Part shown: positions 20,588 through 31,091 of the stretch, piece after piece
Numbering within the stretch: position 1 is the stretch's first letter
How the letters are laid out: every line of letters starts with the position of its first letter
Virus record (IMG/VR): IMGVR_UViG_3300009082_000017
Coordinates: 32,001-96,000 of that record
DNA length: 64,000 bases
Reading direction: 5' to 3' (one strand)
Source of the DNA: a virus
The notes under the pieces: model-generated
Told to the model about the DNA's origin: nothing
The model's input: the letters and a program-made list of their open reading frames with translations, nothing else
Database searches by the model: none
Translations under genes and position numbers: made by a program

Positions 20588-20833
20588 ATGGAAGACTTAA
20601 AACATGGAACTGGAATTAAAAATAAAAAATCAGGTTCAATAGCATGTATATGTGAATCTTTTAAACATAATGGAGAAAACACCAATTGGTTAATAGTAAC
20701 ATGCTATCATATTTTATTCACTGGTAAAAATAGATACCAATATATAAACCATGATGATATAATTAAAAAATGGAATATCTTAACCCCTCAAGAATTCGAT
20801 CAAGAATTTAAAAAAATTCATAACCTGGAGTAA
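20588..20833 (+). CDS. Hypothetical protein
   Basis: SD; early array. Confidence 0.65.
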   Translation: MEDLKHGTGIKNKKSGSIACICESFKHNGENTNWLIVTCYHILFTGKNRYQYINHDDIIKKWNILTPQEFDQEFKKIHNLE

Positions 20834-20836
20834 AAA

Positions 20837-21079
20837 ATGATATTACAATTAATTAATTCAAAAAATCGAATAGTTTACACTGCCAAAAAATCAGAAGACA
20901 ATACATATATTAATATCGAACATGAGTCAGGCGGGGGAATTGCTTATAAACCAGAAGACCTATACTTAACAGCGGCGTGTTGTCTTAATGATAATCCATC
21001 ATGCAAAATAACAGGTACATACGCAAACCAATTTAAAGAATATTGCAAGGGGTTAACATGGTTGCAAATAAAAATCTAG
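20837..21079 (+). CDS. Hypothetical protein
   Basis: SD GGAG. Confidence 0.65.
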   Translation: MILQLINSKNRIVYTAKKSEDNTYINIEHESGGGIAYKPEDLYLTAACCLNDNPSCKITGTYANQFKEYCKGLTWLQIKI

Positions 21080-21279
21080 AGTATAGAATAACCCATAAAA
21101 CAGGTTCGTGCCGGTCTGGTATAGACTTAACGGGATATATAACGCACGTGGTAATTAATAACAATTCATTATGTGGTAATAACCCTAACAAAAAATCATC
21201 TTGGTCTGAATATGATGATCAAATAATAACATGCAAAAAATGTATAACAATTCTAGAATCACTTAACAGACAATCATAA
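21058..21279 (+). CDS. Hypothetical Zn-binding protein
   Basis: H...LCG...TCKKC; start moved to ATG 21058. Confidence 0.6.
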   Translation: MVANKNLEYRITHKTGSCRSGIDLTGYITHVVINNNSLCGNNPNKKSSWSEYDDQIITCKKCITILESLNRQS

Positions 21280-21303
21280 ATAGATACCAATTGGAGACTA
21301 AAA

Positions 21304-21543
21304 ATGTATTATTTTGGAACACTTAAAAACGACAAATTGACAGAAGTATTTTACTCTAAAACAAAGCCAACACAATTAACGCATGGTAACATATATAAAT
21401 ATCTAACAGGCGGATATAAAACAAAGTCAGAAGCCATACAGCAAGCTAATTATACAAGTTATTGCAAGGTTGTATTTTTTGATCGTAGAAAAAAAGAAAA
21501 TATAACTAATCATAATTTATGTATGATAACAGGTATAATCTAA
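21304..21543 (+). CDS. Hypothetical protein
   Basis: SD GGAG. Confidence 0.65.
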   Translation: MYYFGTLKNDKLTEVFYSKTKPTQLTHGNIYKYLTGGYKTKSEAIQQANYTSYCKVVFFDRRKKENITNHNLCMITGII

Positions 21544-21758
21544 TGGAACATCAGACCATAACAGAACCGATTAAACCATTTTTAACCAATAATAACACCA
21601 TGTATTTTAAACATCCGGTAACGCATGAAATATACACCATGCAAGCGGATAATACCAGTGCATACGATATTATAACAGGTATGCCATTATCAGGCCGTTG
21701 GTTATGTTCTGAATCTCAATTTAATCAATATAAGAGTATTTTTATAACAGAACCTTAA
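21543..21758 (+). CDS. Hypothetical protein
   Basis: TAATG stop/start overlap. Confidence 0.5.
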   Translation: MEHQTITEPIKPFLTNNNTMYFKHPVTHEIYTMQADNTSAYDIITGMPLSGRWLCSESQFNQYKSIFITEP

Positions 21759-21764
21759 AAATAC

Positions 21765-21793
21765 TTGACAAGTCTTAACAAACGTGCTAAAAT
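21765..21793 (+). promoter_or_regulatory. sigma70 promoter
   Basis: TTGACA-17-TAAAAT, TG extended. Confidence 0.75.
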
Positions 21794-21835
21794 CATTAAC
21801 AGATAACACAATATAGATAACAGGGAGCGCTTAAA

Positions 21836-22126
21836 ATGGAACTAAACAAACTGAACGGGATATCATTCGACAATACCAATAGAGTTAAAATCATTGCTGA
21901 TATAATGGATATTCGCGGCAAGTGGGATAAAATCCCATCAGGCAAAGAAAAACAAGCCTTTAAAACCGGCGATAAAATTGAGAGTCTGAATACTGATGTA
22001 TTTAAGACCGGCACAATCTCAATCATTAAAGAATGCGAAAATAATAACGGTTATTTTCGATATTTGGCTGGTGGTGTTTGGCATAGACAAAAAGATATAA
22101 AATTATCCTTAACAGTGGGAGCTTAA
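21836..22126 (+). CDS. Hypothetical protein
   Basis: SD GGGAG. Confidence 0.7.
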   Translation: MELNKLNGISFDNTNRVKIIADIMDIRGKWDKIPSGKEKQAFKTGDKIESLNTDVFKTGTISIIKECENNNGYFRYLAGGVWHRQKDIKLSLTVGA

Positions 22127-22129
22127 CAG

Positions 22130-22417
22130 ATGATCACTTATAAATCACTTGAAAATCAATATGGTTTAAAAATAAACAAAAAATTTAAACTCATGTTAGG
22201 GGATAAAATTAATGATAATTATTGTCAGACTATGCTTAACAAAGCATTAAAAGGTAATTTAACTAATGCTGATAATAAGGATATATTTTCTAAAGGGCAG
22301 CAATCATCTAAAGAATACCCTGGATTATATTATCTTTGTTTTATTTTTATCAATCCTATAACATACTTACAATCTATTGATAAAATGGCAAAAAATATTG
22401 GAAGGGGTATAAAATAA
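22130..22417 (+). CDS. Hypothetical protein
   Basis: SD GGGAG. Confidence 0.6.
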   Translation: MITYKSLENQYGLKINKKFKLMLGDKINDNYCQTMLNKALKGNLTNADNKDIFSKGQQSSKEYPGLYYLCFIFINPITYLQSIDKMAKNIGRGIK

Positions 22418-22809
22418 TGATAATACCAATTGACAAGCTAGAATCAATTCCCGACCATGCAAGCCGTGACTTTAACAGACAATACGCGCATTATAACACT
22501 TCGGATGATAACAGTACTAATCCAATATGTGAGTATACAAAATTCCCCTCAATACAGGATATTTTTAAAGCCGTTGCAACTCAATCAGAACCGCCCGAAA
22601 CAGAGGTTATATATTCTGTTTACTATTGTGATTGTAACAGCGATAACGCTATACTTCCGGTTATTGGTGGAGCTTGTGAAGTCTCAATCAATCCAGAACC
22701 TTATTATAACGAATTAACAAAACAAAATGATATATATTGTGCATTTTTAAAATTTAATGAATTTGAAACAGCATATAATTACAGCGTCAATAATTCAAAA
22801 CAATTATAA
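22417..22809 (+). CDS. Hypothetical protein
   Basis: Stop/start overlap. Confidence 0.65.
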   Translation: MIIPIDKLESIPDHASRDFNRQYAHYNTSDDNSTNPICEYTKFPSIQDIFKAVATQSEPPETEVIYSVYYCDCNSDNAILPVIGGACEVSINPEPYYNELTKQNDIYCAFLKFNEFETAYNYSVNNSKQL

Positions 22810-22822
22810 AAAAGGTCAAACC

Positions 22823-23113
22823 ATGAATAACTATACTAAAGATTTTATCAGGTCTAAAATTACAACTGAAAAAAACTGGACGTATAAGGCTATTCTAGCA
22901 TTGTATAAATTGCAAACATCATCCGAAAAACTCGATCACGAAACTAAAGAAAAAAATAACGCTGGTTTTAATGGAATAGACGCAAAATTTTTAACCTCAC
23001 TTGCTATTTTTATTCAAAAAAATAAATTCCTAACAGATAAGCAATTAAAATCCGCTCAAAAAATTATTGGTAAGTATGCCGGACAACTAACGAAAATTGC
23101 AAACCAAAATTAA
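22823..23113 (+). CDS. Phage hypothetical protein
   Basis: LQT.SE...NNAGFNGIDAKFLTS...KYAGQL resembles a recurrent phage family; start moved to ATG 22823. Confidence 0.7.
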   Translation: MNNYTKDFIRSKITTEKNWTYKAILALYKLQTSSEKLDHETKEKNNAGFNGIDAKFLTSLAIFIQKNKFLTDKQLKSAQKIIGKYAGQLTKIANQN

Positions 23114-23263
23114 AAAATATATCCTAATAAAATACTCATTTCATCAACGATTAATTTAAGGAAGTGTTCTATAAACTCTAATGTAATGTTCTACTATTAA
23201 TCAAATTTTATGGTATGATTAACTTAATCAAGTAATTAATCAGACATTCAAAAAGGAGAAAAA

Positions 23264-23464
23264 ATGAAAACCGTAAAACAAATTCTTGAGTCTGGCGTCT
23301 GGATTAAAAGTAATAATTTTTCACTTTGGGCTGGCGATGATGGTTATTATTGGGTCACTGATGACCGTATGAACGATGATGATCAACTGGAATACCCTGT
23401 ATATGTTGGGAAAAGCCTTAAAAAAGCATTGGCTGATTTTTACAAAGCCATTGAAGAGTCATAA
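23264..23464 (+). CDS. Hypothetical protein
   Basis: SD AAGGAG; bounded by sites 23126 and 23484. Confidence 0.7.
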   Translation: MKTVKQILESGVWIKSNNFSLWAGDDGYYWVTDDRMNDDDQLEYPVYVGKSLKKALADFYKAIEES

Positions 23465-23469
23465 CATTA

Positions 23470-23518
23470 TAGAACATCTGTTCAATGAAATCTATCTTTC
23501 ATTAGAACTTTTGTTCTA
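23470..23518. promoter_or_regulatory. Two LexA-type boxes (GAAC-N4-GTTC) flanking a palindromic site
   Basis: TAGAAC-atct-GTTC at 23470-23483; TAGAAC-tttt-GTTCTA at 23503-23518. Confidence 0.6.
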
Positions 23519-23785
23519 GAAAGGAAATTCTAAAATGCTATACTTTAAAACTTTTAATTGCAAAACTTATGCCGGATATTTGGAAGGTTCAAAACTTCTC
23601 AAATTAGGCTGGACGATTAAAGAGTATAACGGCGATTTTGTCACTATGCAAGGATCAAAACTTCCCTAATACTCTAATCTAATGTTCTACAAACTCTTAA
23701 CTTATGTTCTAGTATTAATAATCAAGTCGTGGTATACTTAACTTAATCAAGAAAACAAACCACTAGACAAACAGGAGAAAATAAA

Positions 23786-24181
23786 ATGACTGAAAATGAG
23801 AACGAATACGAAAAACAAGCTAATGATTTTTTGAGCAAATACCAGATCAAATTTTCAATTGATTGTAGTAATACAAAAAATGCTAGATGGGAGCCATCAG
23901 GCGAACACTTTATTGTACAATTAACAAAAAAGAACCCAAGAAAACAAATAACATTTGATTTTTGGGGTTCTGTTAACGATATGGAAAATCAAATTACTCC
24001 GAACGCTTATGATGTTTTGGCTTGCATTTCTGGCGATTGTAGCTTTACAGATAAAGAAGACGTTATAAGTGAATTTGGTTATGAATTTTATGATGACGCA
24101 GAACGTATAGCGTCATTTGGTAGAAAACTTAATAAATTTTTTACTGAACAAGAAATTGAAGACTTATCAGAAATTAGATAG
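23786..24181 (+). CDS. Hypothetical protein
   Basis: SD AGGAG. Confidence 0.75.
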   Translation: MTENENEYEKQANDFLSKYQIKFSIDCSNTKNARWEPSGEHFIVQLTKKNPRKQITFDFWGSVNDMENQITPNAYDVLACISGDCSFTDKEDVISEFGYEFYDDAERIASFGRKLNKFFTEQEIEDLSEIR

Positions 24182-24274
24182 ATTTTACTCTTATAAATGG
24201 CATATTATAAAGGATAGTATGCTAAAATAAGAATAAAATCATAATCAAACCATATAACAGGAAAGAGGCTAACA

Positions 24275-24796
24275 ATGCTAGAAAAAAGAAAATCACACGC
24301 TTTTAACAAAGATGTTTACCTCATCGGACAAGATGAGGAAGGGATTAACTATTGGTTAGAGGCTCCAGTATGGGATTGTGGCTGGTATTGGGGTTTTGGT
24401 TATATTGAAACTTACCAAAACAACGCAACACCAAACAGGGCAAGAGATATTGATAGCCATCAACATTTTAACGGTTTTGTTGGTCAAATGTTTGAATACA
24501 ATTTTGATAAAAAATGCGAAGTCAAAAAAGAATATATTCATACTCTTAATGACAAAGGATCACGCTTAACAGCAACGGTTTTAACAGACTCGGAAGCGTG
24601 GGAATTATCAGACCTCATGCAACGATTTTATACTATGCGTAAAATGGCAGACATTTTACATCAGGGAACTGATCATCTAACATCTAATACAAAACATAAA
24701 ACATTAAACCCTGAAATGAGAAAATGGATTAATGAAGAAGAATTACCGGCACTTTTTAAACGTGTTCTTGAAATTCTCTCACCACTAACAAAATAG
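24275..24796 (+). CDS. Phage hypothetical protein
   Basis: WDCGWYWGFGY motif; SD GAGG. Confidence 0.75.
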   Translation: MLEKRKSHAFNKDVYLIGQDEEGINYWLEAPVWDCGWYWGFGYIETYQNNATPNRARDIDSHQHFNGFVGQMFEYNFDKKCEVKKEYIHTLNDKGSRLTATVLTDSEAWELSDLMQRFYTMRKMADILHQGTDHLTSNTKHKTLNPEMRKWINEEELPALFKRVLEILSPLTK

Positions 24797-24881
24797 ATTT
24801 TATCCTGACCATATAAGACAAGTTTAATCACTTGTCTTATAGAATGAGTATAAAATTTAAATAACAGAAAAGAGGTTAACA

Positions 24882-25187
24882 ATGACCAACAATAAACCGA
24901 CAATTTACGATATAAAATATAGAACACAAGAAAAACAACCATTCTTTTTTGATCGCAAAACTTTAAAATTTTTTCATCAAACCATGAAAGATTTTAAAGT
25001 GAAAAAATCCCCCTTTGGTAGAATTTTTATTCAATGCCCTATCAGAAATGAAAAAAGAAATATCATAGGATATACTTTCAAAGAGTTTATAAATAACAAC
25101 GAACTAATAACGGTCAGGGATGATAATAACAATATTTTTGATGACAGAATGTTAATATCAATGGCTTGTTATATCCAATCTCATTAA
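24882..25187 (+). CDS. Hypothetical protein
   Basis: SD GAGG. Confidence 0.7.
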   Translation: MTNNKPTIYDIKYRTQEKQPFFFDRKTLKFFHQTMKDFKVKKSPFGRIFIQCPIRNEKRNIIGYTFKEFINNNELITVRDDNNNIFDDRMLISMACYIQSH

Positions 25188-25497
25188 AAAGGAGTAATTC
25201 ATCATGGACGTTATAATCTTCGGGTTCATCCTCTTTAGTTCGTTGCTGGCAGTTGCCGGATTGTATAAACTGATAACCGGAAAGGATTTAAAATAACATG
25301 CAAACCTATACACAATATTTTTACTCAAACGGTGACATTGAACAAAAAGAAGGAATTAATTTAAAACTTCCATGCGCCCCATCATCTATTTTATTGGTGG
25401 TAGAATATAACAGCGGTTCGATTGTGAATTGCTACAATCCTAATGACCTTTAACAGCCGGTCAAATATCAGTCAGACAATGAAAGGATTAAAAGATC

Positions 25498-25719
25498 ATG
25501 GACGAACAAAAATTAATTGCAGACTATAAAAGAACTGATGCAAAAATGGACAAACTACGCAAACAATGCGAATATTTTATGGTTTTAGCCAATGAAGCAT
25601 TAAAAAATAATAATCCTGAATTGGCATATAGTATTATATACCGATGCCCTGACCATGTTACAAATTGCTTTATAGTTGATGCTGTAAAACAATACAAAAA
25701 GAAAAATAATATTGAATAG
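25498..25719 (+). CDS. Hypothetical protein
   Basis: SD AAGGA. Confidence 0.65.
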   Translation: MDEQKLIADYKRTDAKMDKLRKQCEYFMVLANEALKNNNPELAYSIIYRCPDHVTNCFIVDAVKQYKKKNNIE

Positions 25720-25785
25720 AACACTTGTCCCATGAAATAACCTTTTCATTAGAACACATTTTCTATAACAGAAGGGATAAAACAA

Positions 25786-26103
25786 ATGAAAAAATTAATT
25801 ATCATCATTACAATAATCATTGTTCTAATAAGCACTTTCACTTTCATTAAATATCATGGCGCTCTGGATGGTTCCGATCCTGACATTAAATACAATTTAG
25901 ATCATACCTTTGGCTTACATTCTGAAGAACGGGCATTAAGAGTATACTCCAATTGGATGACCGGAACAGGGGTTATATATTGGCAACTAAACGAATCATT
26001 GTCTAATGATTATAATGATATTTGGGATTATTATATGATTAGATTGATTAACTGGGATATTCAATTTGAACATACTACCCAAGAAACAATAAAACAGGAC
26101 TAA
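25786..26103 (+). CDS. Hypothetical protein with N-terminal TM/signal
   Basis: MKKLIIIITIIIVLISTF. Confidence 0.7.
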   Translation: MKKLIIIITIIIVLISTFTFIKYHGALDGSDPDIKYNLDHTFGLHSEERALRVYSNWMTGTGVIYWQLNESLSNDYNDIWDYYMIRLINWDIQFEHTTQETIKQD

Positions 26104-26107
26104 CAAA

Positions 26108-26302
26108 ATGAATAACTGGACACTTCTCTATACCTCTCCAAATTATCAATACTATAAGCACAACACAACCGGCAGACTAGCCACTACAACCAATAATAAA
26201 CCGCCTACCGTTGATGACGGTACATACTACAACCTTTTACCCTTTGCTGTATCAAATTGTGAATCAACCGAAACCTTAAAAGATATTCGTAGAATCTTTT
26301 AA
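26108..26302 (+). CDS. Hypothetical protein
   Basis: SD AGGA. Confidence 0.6.
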   Translation: MNNWTLLYTSPNYQYYKHNTTGRLATTTNNKPPTVDDGTYYNLLPFAVSNCESTETLKDIRRIF

Positions 26303-26760
26303 GGTTTTGTTCTATTTTGTTCTATTGTAATTTTTTGAACTATCGTTTATAATGGTATTGTAATCAAAAACAGATAACGAAAGGGATTAAAAATGTGGCA
26401 AACAAAATACTTCAAAACACAAGAACAGGCGCAAAATTGGATGGATAAAAATTATCATAAATACCAAATGGAATTAATTTTCATCAACAAAAAAACTGAA
26501 AAATCAAATGGTTACGGTGTGGAATACAAACCGCTAATAAAAATCTACTAAATAGGAGATTAAAAATGTATATTGCTCACGTTCTTTCTAATGGTGGTAT
26601 AATCAAAGAATTTATTTTCACCCCTGAAGAATATCACTTTAACACTATCAAAACCATGATTCTTCAAACCATAACAACCGGACAAATTTGGTTAACAGTG
26701 AATGATCAAAATGACGTTGAAATTTTCGATGGTTTAATTAGATAAAAGAAAGGATTAAAA

Positions 26761-27123
26761 ATGTCAAACGGAAACTACGCAAATTTTGAAATTCTACCAA
26801 ACGGAAATTTAAAAATATCATTAATCCCTGAAGGGAAAATTGAATTAACAGAAATTCAAGAACAATACAAAGAACAATGGTCAGATGAAATAATGTTCCG
26901 TGAAATTATAGAACATCAATTATGTAACGGCTGGACATGGGTACAGCCGGAAGATATTGGAGCATTAACAGAAGCCCCTATCTTGTCAGACGATGTAGTT
27001 TATAACGATGATGGTATTGTTGAATTTATTGATAATGTCTGGTGGTATCCTAATTATATGGTAGAATCATTAACAGAAAAATTACAAGAAAATGGATACC
27101 TTATTTTCACAAAAGTAGAATAA
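26761..27123 (+). CDS. Hypothetical protein (paralog of 42472-42846)
   Basis: LCNGWTWVQPEDIGALTEAPILS. Confidence 0.75.
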   Translation: MSNGNYANFEILPNGNLKISLIPEGKIELTEIQEQYKEQWSDEIMFREIIEHQLCNGWTWVQPEDIGALTEAPILSDDVVYNDDGIVEFIDNVWWYPNYMVESLTEKLQENGYLIFTKVE

Positions 27124-27160
27124 CATTGTAACCAATTCAAATACTGAAAGGATAAATAAA

Positions 27161-27667
27161 ATGAAGCACATAATTTATGACAACTACGAAGATTTTGATA
27201 CAATGGATAACACCAAACAACAAATAGCCGAACATCAAGAAATTCCTATTGAAGAAGTAACAGAACAAATGGTCTATGATGAATGGGGAGAACAACTTGA
27301 TTTTTGGTTTTCAGACGAACAAGAAAACCTTAATAAACAATTAGACGGGAACATTATCGCTATTGCAGACTTAGGATTATGGAACGGCAGATTTTCAGGC
27401 TATAAAATTATTGGAGACAATCTGAATGAAATAATGAGTTTTGGCAACCATGATTATATTAAAATTTATAGTGATGGTTATAATATCCGTAAAGAATCAT
27501 CACACCATGACGGTACTAATCATATCCTTTTTAGAATGGTCAGAAATGATAGAAACATTGATTATTTTACCGATATGATTTATAACAAAAAACCTATAAC
27601 AAAAAATATGTTGAATTACTATACAAAAAGCATTGAAAAAAATGTTAGAAATATTTACGGCTGGTAA
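27161..27667 (+). CDS. Phage hypothetical protein
   Basis: IADLGLWNGR...HHDGTN; SD. Confidence 0.75.
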   Translation: MKHIIYDNYEDFDTMDNTKQQIAEHQEIPIEEVTEQMVYDEWGEQLDFWFSDEQENLNKQLDGNIIAIADLGLWNGRFSGYKIIGDNLNEIMSFGNHDYIKIYSDGYNIRKESSHHDGTNHILFRMVRNDRNIDYFTDMIYNKKPITKNMLNYYTKSIEKNVRNIYGW

Positions 27668-27708
27668 ATAAAAACATTATCCCTATAACACGAAAGGAAT
27701 TAACAATC

Positions 27709-27897
27709 ATGGCTAAACTAATCCATACAACGGCTCCAGACGATGACCCCGCAGGATGTTTATATTGTGGTGAACCATTTTTCAAAGGTGATAAAATCGT
27801 ATTAGATGAATCCCTGGACTCCGTTTTTTGTTCTGAACATTGTGATCAAGAATATCGAAAATTTTACCCCGAACAGAATGAGAGTAATCCACTATGA
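27709..27897 (+). CDS. Small Zn-finger protein
   Basis: CLYCG...FCSEHC. Confidence 0.65.
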   Translation: MAKLIHTTAPDDDPAGCLYCGEPFFKGDKIVLDESLDSVFCSEHCDQEYRKFYPEQNESNPL

Positions 27898-28109
27898 GAC
27901 TAAACCCTCACATTCGTGGTTACTTACTCCAATTGGTCAAACCATCCAACAACACTAAACAGATACAACTTGCTAGATGGGCATTGAGAATTATAGAACG
28001 CGGTTATATATCTGAATTTCAACTCAAAGAACTTGAAAATATGGGGTATAAATATCCTAGTCTTAACAGAAAATTGGCACTTGACACATCCCTTAACAGT
28101 GTAGTATAA
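27894..28109 (+). CDS. Hypothetical protein
   Basis: ATGA overlap. Confidence 0.55.
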   Translation: MRLNPHIRGYLLQLVKPSNNTKQIQLARWALRIIERGYISEFQLKELENMGYKYPSLNRKLALDTSLNSVV

Positions 28110-28110
28110 T
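28081..28110 (+). promoter_or_regulatory. sigma70 promoter
   Basis: TTGACA-18-TATAAT. Confidence 0.65.
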
Positions 28111-28132
28111 CAAATCAGAAAGGATACCTAAA

Positions 28133-28522
28133 ATGACAACTGCTAACTTAACCAACAAAAAACTAAAACTAAAATTGCAAACAACAACTATTATTCTTAT
28201 TGCTGGTCAAATTGGTGACTGGCTCACTACCGCATGGTTTTTATCTTTAGGTGGTTCTGAAGGCAATCCTATCCCCTACCAATACGGATGGATGACGTTT
28301 ATATTACTACAAACCGTCTTTACAGCCTTGTTTGCAATACTAATGGAAACAGTATCAGAAAATCATTTCAATTATTACCAGAATCTTTTTAACAAATATC
28401 CAATTATCAAAACAGTAATCCAATACACAAAATGGTTTATCGCTTTATATTGGTGCTATCCGGCAATTCACAATATTTTTTGGATGATTATTGAATATTA
28501 TAATATCCACATTACAATATAG
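28133..28522 (+). CDS. Membrane protein (DUF5658-like)
   Basis: DWLTT...GGSEGNP motif plus hydrophobic segments. Confidence 0.6.
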   Translation: MTTANLTNKKLKLKLQTTTIILIAGQIGDWLTTAWFLSLGGSEGNPIPYQYGWMTFILLQTVFTALFAILMETVSENHFNYYQNLFNKYPIIKTVIQYTKWFIALYWCYPAIHNIFWMIIEYYNIHITI

Positions 28523-28810
28523 GAGACTTAACGCATGACACTATATCAATGGCTCAAAGATCAAGGCATCAAACCTCAATCATTATTAAACAAACGTATC
28601 AATTTGCTTCGATATACCGAAGACCAAAAATGACCTCAACAAACCGGTTACAATTATGATAATATGGGAAAAGTAAAAACAATTGATAAGTGGAAAATAA
28701 CCTTTGAAAACGGTGGTTCATGGTATGCCGGTGAACAAATAAATAGCGATTATACCGCCGACTTATGGAAAATTGAAATACTATCATAATTAGCGAAAGG
28801 ATAAAATAAA

Positions 28811-29053
28811 ATGACTCAAACAATTGTTGGTGGTTTTGGTAACAATAAACCCGAAGGACTTCCCGAAGGGTATGAAAGTATGACTCCCGAAGTATTTGTG
28901 ATCGAATATACAAAAAAGAATAGTATTGTTCTTCCACCAAAAGAAAAAAGAGAATACTCATACACCTATAAAAAGAGAATGGTATTATTACACACTGGGT
29001 TAACAGATAATGATTATTATACGGCAATCGGCGCAAAACAATCAAACGTATAA
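28811..29053 (+). CDS. Hypothetical protein
   Basis: SD AAGGA. Confidence 0.65.
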   Translation: MTQTIVGGFGNNKPEGLPEGYESMTPEVFVIEYTKKNSIVLPPKEKREYSYTYKKRMVLLHTGLTDNDYYTAIGAKQSNV

Positions 29054-29120
29054 CAGAACAAACTTTCTAATGAAATAATCCTTTCATGGAACATATTTTC
29101 TAAAAAACAGGAGGCTTAAA

Positions 29121-29297
29121 ATGGAATACGGAATTTTTGTAATTTATGAAAACGGTCAAACAATCCGCTATGAACCTGATTTTTCTTTTGACTCGCCAGA
29201 AGACGCTAAAGAATGTATGAGATGTTGGCGCATTACTGGAGAACACAAACTCCCTATTGGCGGACTCTATTTCACGGCATTACCTATCTGGAAGTAA
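29121..29297 (+). CDS. Hypothetical protein (58 aa, not in track)
   Basis: SD AGGAGG; MEYGIFVIYENG...LPIWK. Confidence 0.6.
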   Translation: MEYGIFVIYENGQTIRYEPDFSFDSPEDAKECMRCWRITGEHKLPIGGLYFTALPIWK

Positions 29298-29317
29298 TTA
29301 AAACTAGGAGGTTTAAA

Positions 29318-29560
29318 ATGTGGAAGTCAAACATCTTTATACCCGAACTTGGTCAGAAAATTAAATACCGTGATCAAAACTGTATTACTCATGTTGGAGT
29401 ATTCCATGCCGATACCGATTCTTGGCAGGTTCATGATATTATAGGCGGTATTACAACCTCATGGCATAACGTAATTGAATGGCAAGGTTTTGAGCCAGCT
29501 TTAACGGACATGTGGTATAGCAATTGGTTACTGGCAAGTATTGAGTCTGAATTAGCATAG
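29318..29560 (+). CDS. Hypothetical protein
   Basis: SD AGGAGG before ATG 29318. Confidence 0.65.
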   Translation: MWKSNIFIPELGQKIKYRDQNCITHVGVFHADTDSWQVHDIIGGITTSWHNVIEWQGFEPALTDMWYSNWLLASIESELA

Positions 29561-29573
29561 AAAGGATGATACA

Positions 29574-29756
29574 ATGAAAATAAGTAAAAATGCTAAGATA
29601 TGGTTGAGTTATATTGATAAAAATGGATTTATGCCCTTAAATGCAGATATTCCAGAAATGAATTGTGAAGACCGTCTTAAAGCATTTAAGGAACTATTGA
29701 ATAAGAAAATAATAGTCAAAAGGGATTGTGCCGGAGTAGCTTATGAAAGAGCATAG
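29574..29756 (+). CDS. Hypothetical protein
   Basis: SD AAGGA. Confidence 0.6.
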   Translation: MKISKNAKIWLSYIDKNGFMPLNADIPEMNCEDRLKAFKELLNKKIIVKRDCAGVAYERA

Positions 29757-30007
29757 AACATCTGTTCCATGAAAGAGTGGTTTCATGGTGAATCAACATT
29801 AAATATTGACACTTGGTTGCAAACCCTCACCACATACCCTATTTAAGGCACTCCAGAGCCTCATGGCGCGATTTATACATCAAATTGGACAAATATACAC
29901 TATAACTATTTAAATCGTTTGTAGGGCTTCCTGTGGGATAAAGTTTATGATGATAATAAAGTTGAACATTAGAAAACTTAAAAAATCTAACCAATATCCA
30001 AAAACAC

Positions 30008-30037
30008 TTGACTTTTGAATATACTTGACTGTATAAT
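30008..30037 (+). promoter_or_regulatory. sigma70 promoter
   Basis: TTGACT-18-TATAAT. Confidence 0.65.
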
Positions 30038-30080
30038 GGTTATGTAATCAAAAACAGTTTACAAAAAAGGAGAAAATAAA

Positions 30081-30305
30081 ATGGCTGAACATAACGAACA
30101 CCGTGTAATCGAATTATTGGAAACCGAACAACTATTAAACAGAATAGATAATGTTTATGATCGTCTTGTTGATGAGACAGAAAATCCAGAAACTTATCAT
30201 AACAAAATTAAAACAGAAAAACTTCACGCGTTATTGGATATTTTGGAATACATCAAAAACAATGTGGATAATCCTTTGGATGAGATTTTCTGGAAAGAGT
30301 CATAG
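30081..30305 (+). CDS. Hypothetical protein
   Basis: SD AAGGAG. Confidence 0.7.
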   Translation: MAEHNEHRVIELLETEQLLNRIDNVYDRLVDETENPETYHNKIKTEKLHALLDILEYIKNNVDNPLDEIFWKES

Positions 30306-30541
30306 AACACTTACACCATGAAATGTCAATTTTATTAGAACAGAAAGGATAAAAATGATAACACGAATCGAACAAACAGCAAAATTATTTTATGATAGTT
30401 ATGGATATGAAAAATCAACAGCAATTATTAATCAAATTGCATTTGTATATCGTGACAATAAAGAGGAAGCAAAATTCTGGTATGATGTTTTTACAGAACT
30501 AACAAAATTGAGAAACTAGATTAACAGAAAAGGAGATATAA

Positions 30542-30919
30542 ATGACCGATTACAAAGTTGATGACATAATTTCATATACGGTGCAAACAGACCCAATAAC
30601 CTACACCTCAAAGATCACAAATATTAGACTTGGTAATGGATATACAGAATACCTAGTATCTAATTATTGTGGAATGAAAGTAGACGGAGTTGTATTTGAT
30701 TTTCAAATAACAAAACCCTCAAAAAAACGATATAACACAATGTCTAATATCGGTCATGCCAAATATGTAGTGAATTATTGTGGTGGTATCAAAAAGCATA
30801 GTGACGGTAGCGACTTCTTTGATATTGCAATTTTCAAGAACAAAAAGAAATTAAATGATTTTCTTCTTGAATTAGTCAATGATGGATATATTCAAGCAAA
30901 AATGGGTATTTATTCTTAA
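30542..30919 (+). CDS. Hypothetical protein
   Basis: SD AAGGAG; NIG.AKYVVNY..G.KKH.DGSDFFDI. Confidence 0.7.
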   Translation: MTDYKVDDIISYTVQTDPITYTSKITNIRLGNGYTEYLVSNYCGMKVDGVVFDFQITKPSKKRYNTMSNIGHAKYVVNYCGGIKKHSDGSDFFDIAIFKNKKKLNDFLLELVNDGYIQAKMGIYS

Positions 30920-31091
30920 CAGAAGGGTATAAACAGATGAGAATAGGTAAAAACGTTATACTAATAGGTTTTTCTAAGCAATTCCGATTTTATAAAACCG
31001 GATTTAGCATGACTGGATTATACTCTTATAGAACAATCATAAGAATCGGATTTATTCAAATTGATATTTTCAAAGATTAGAAAGGATAACC

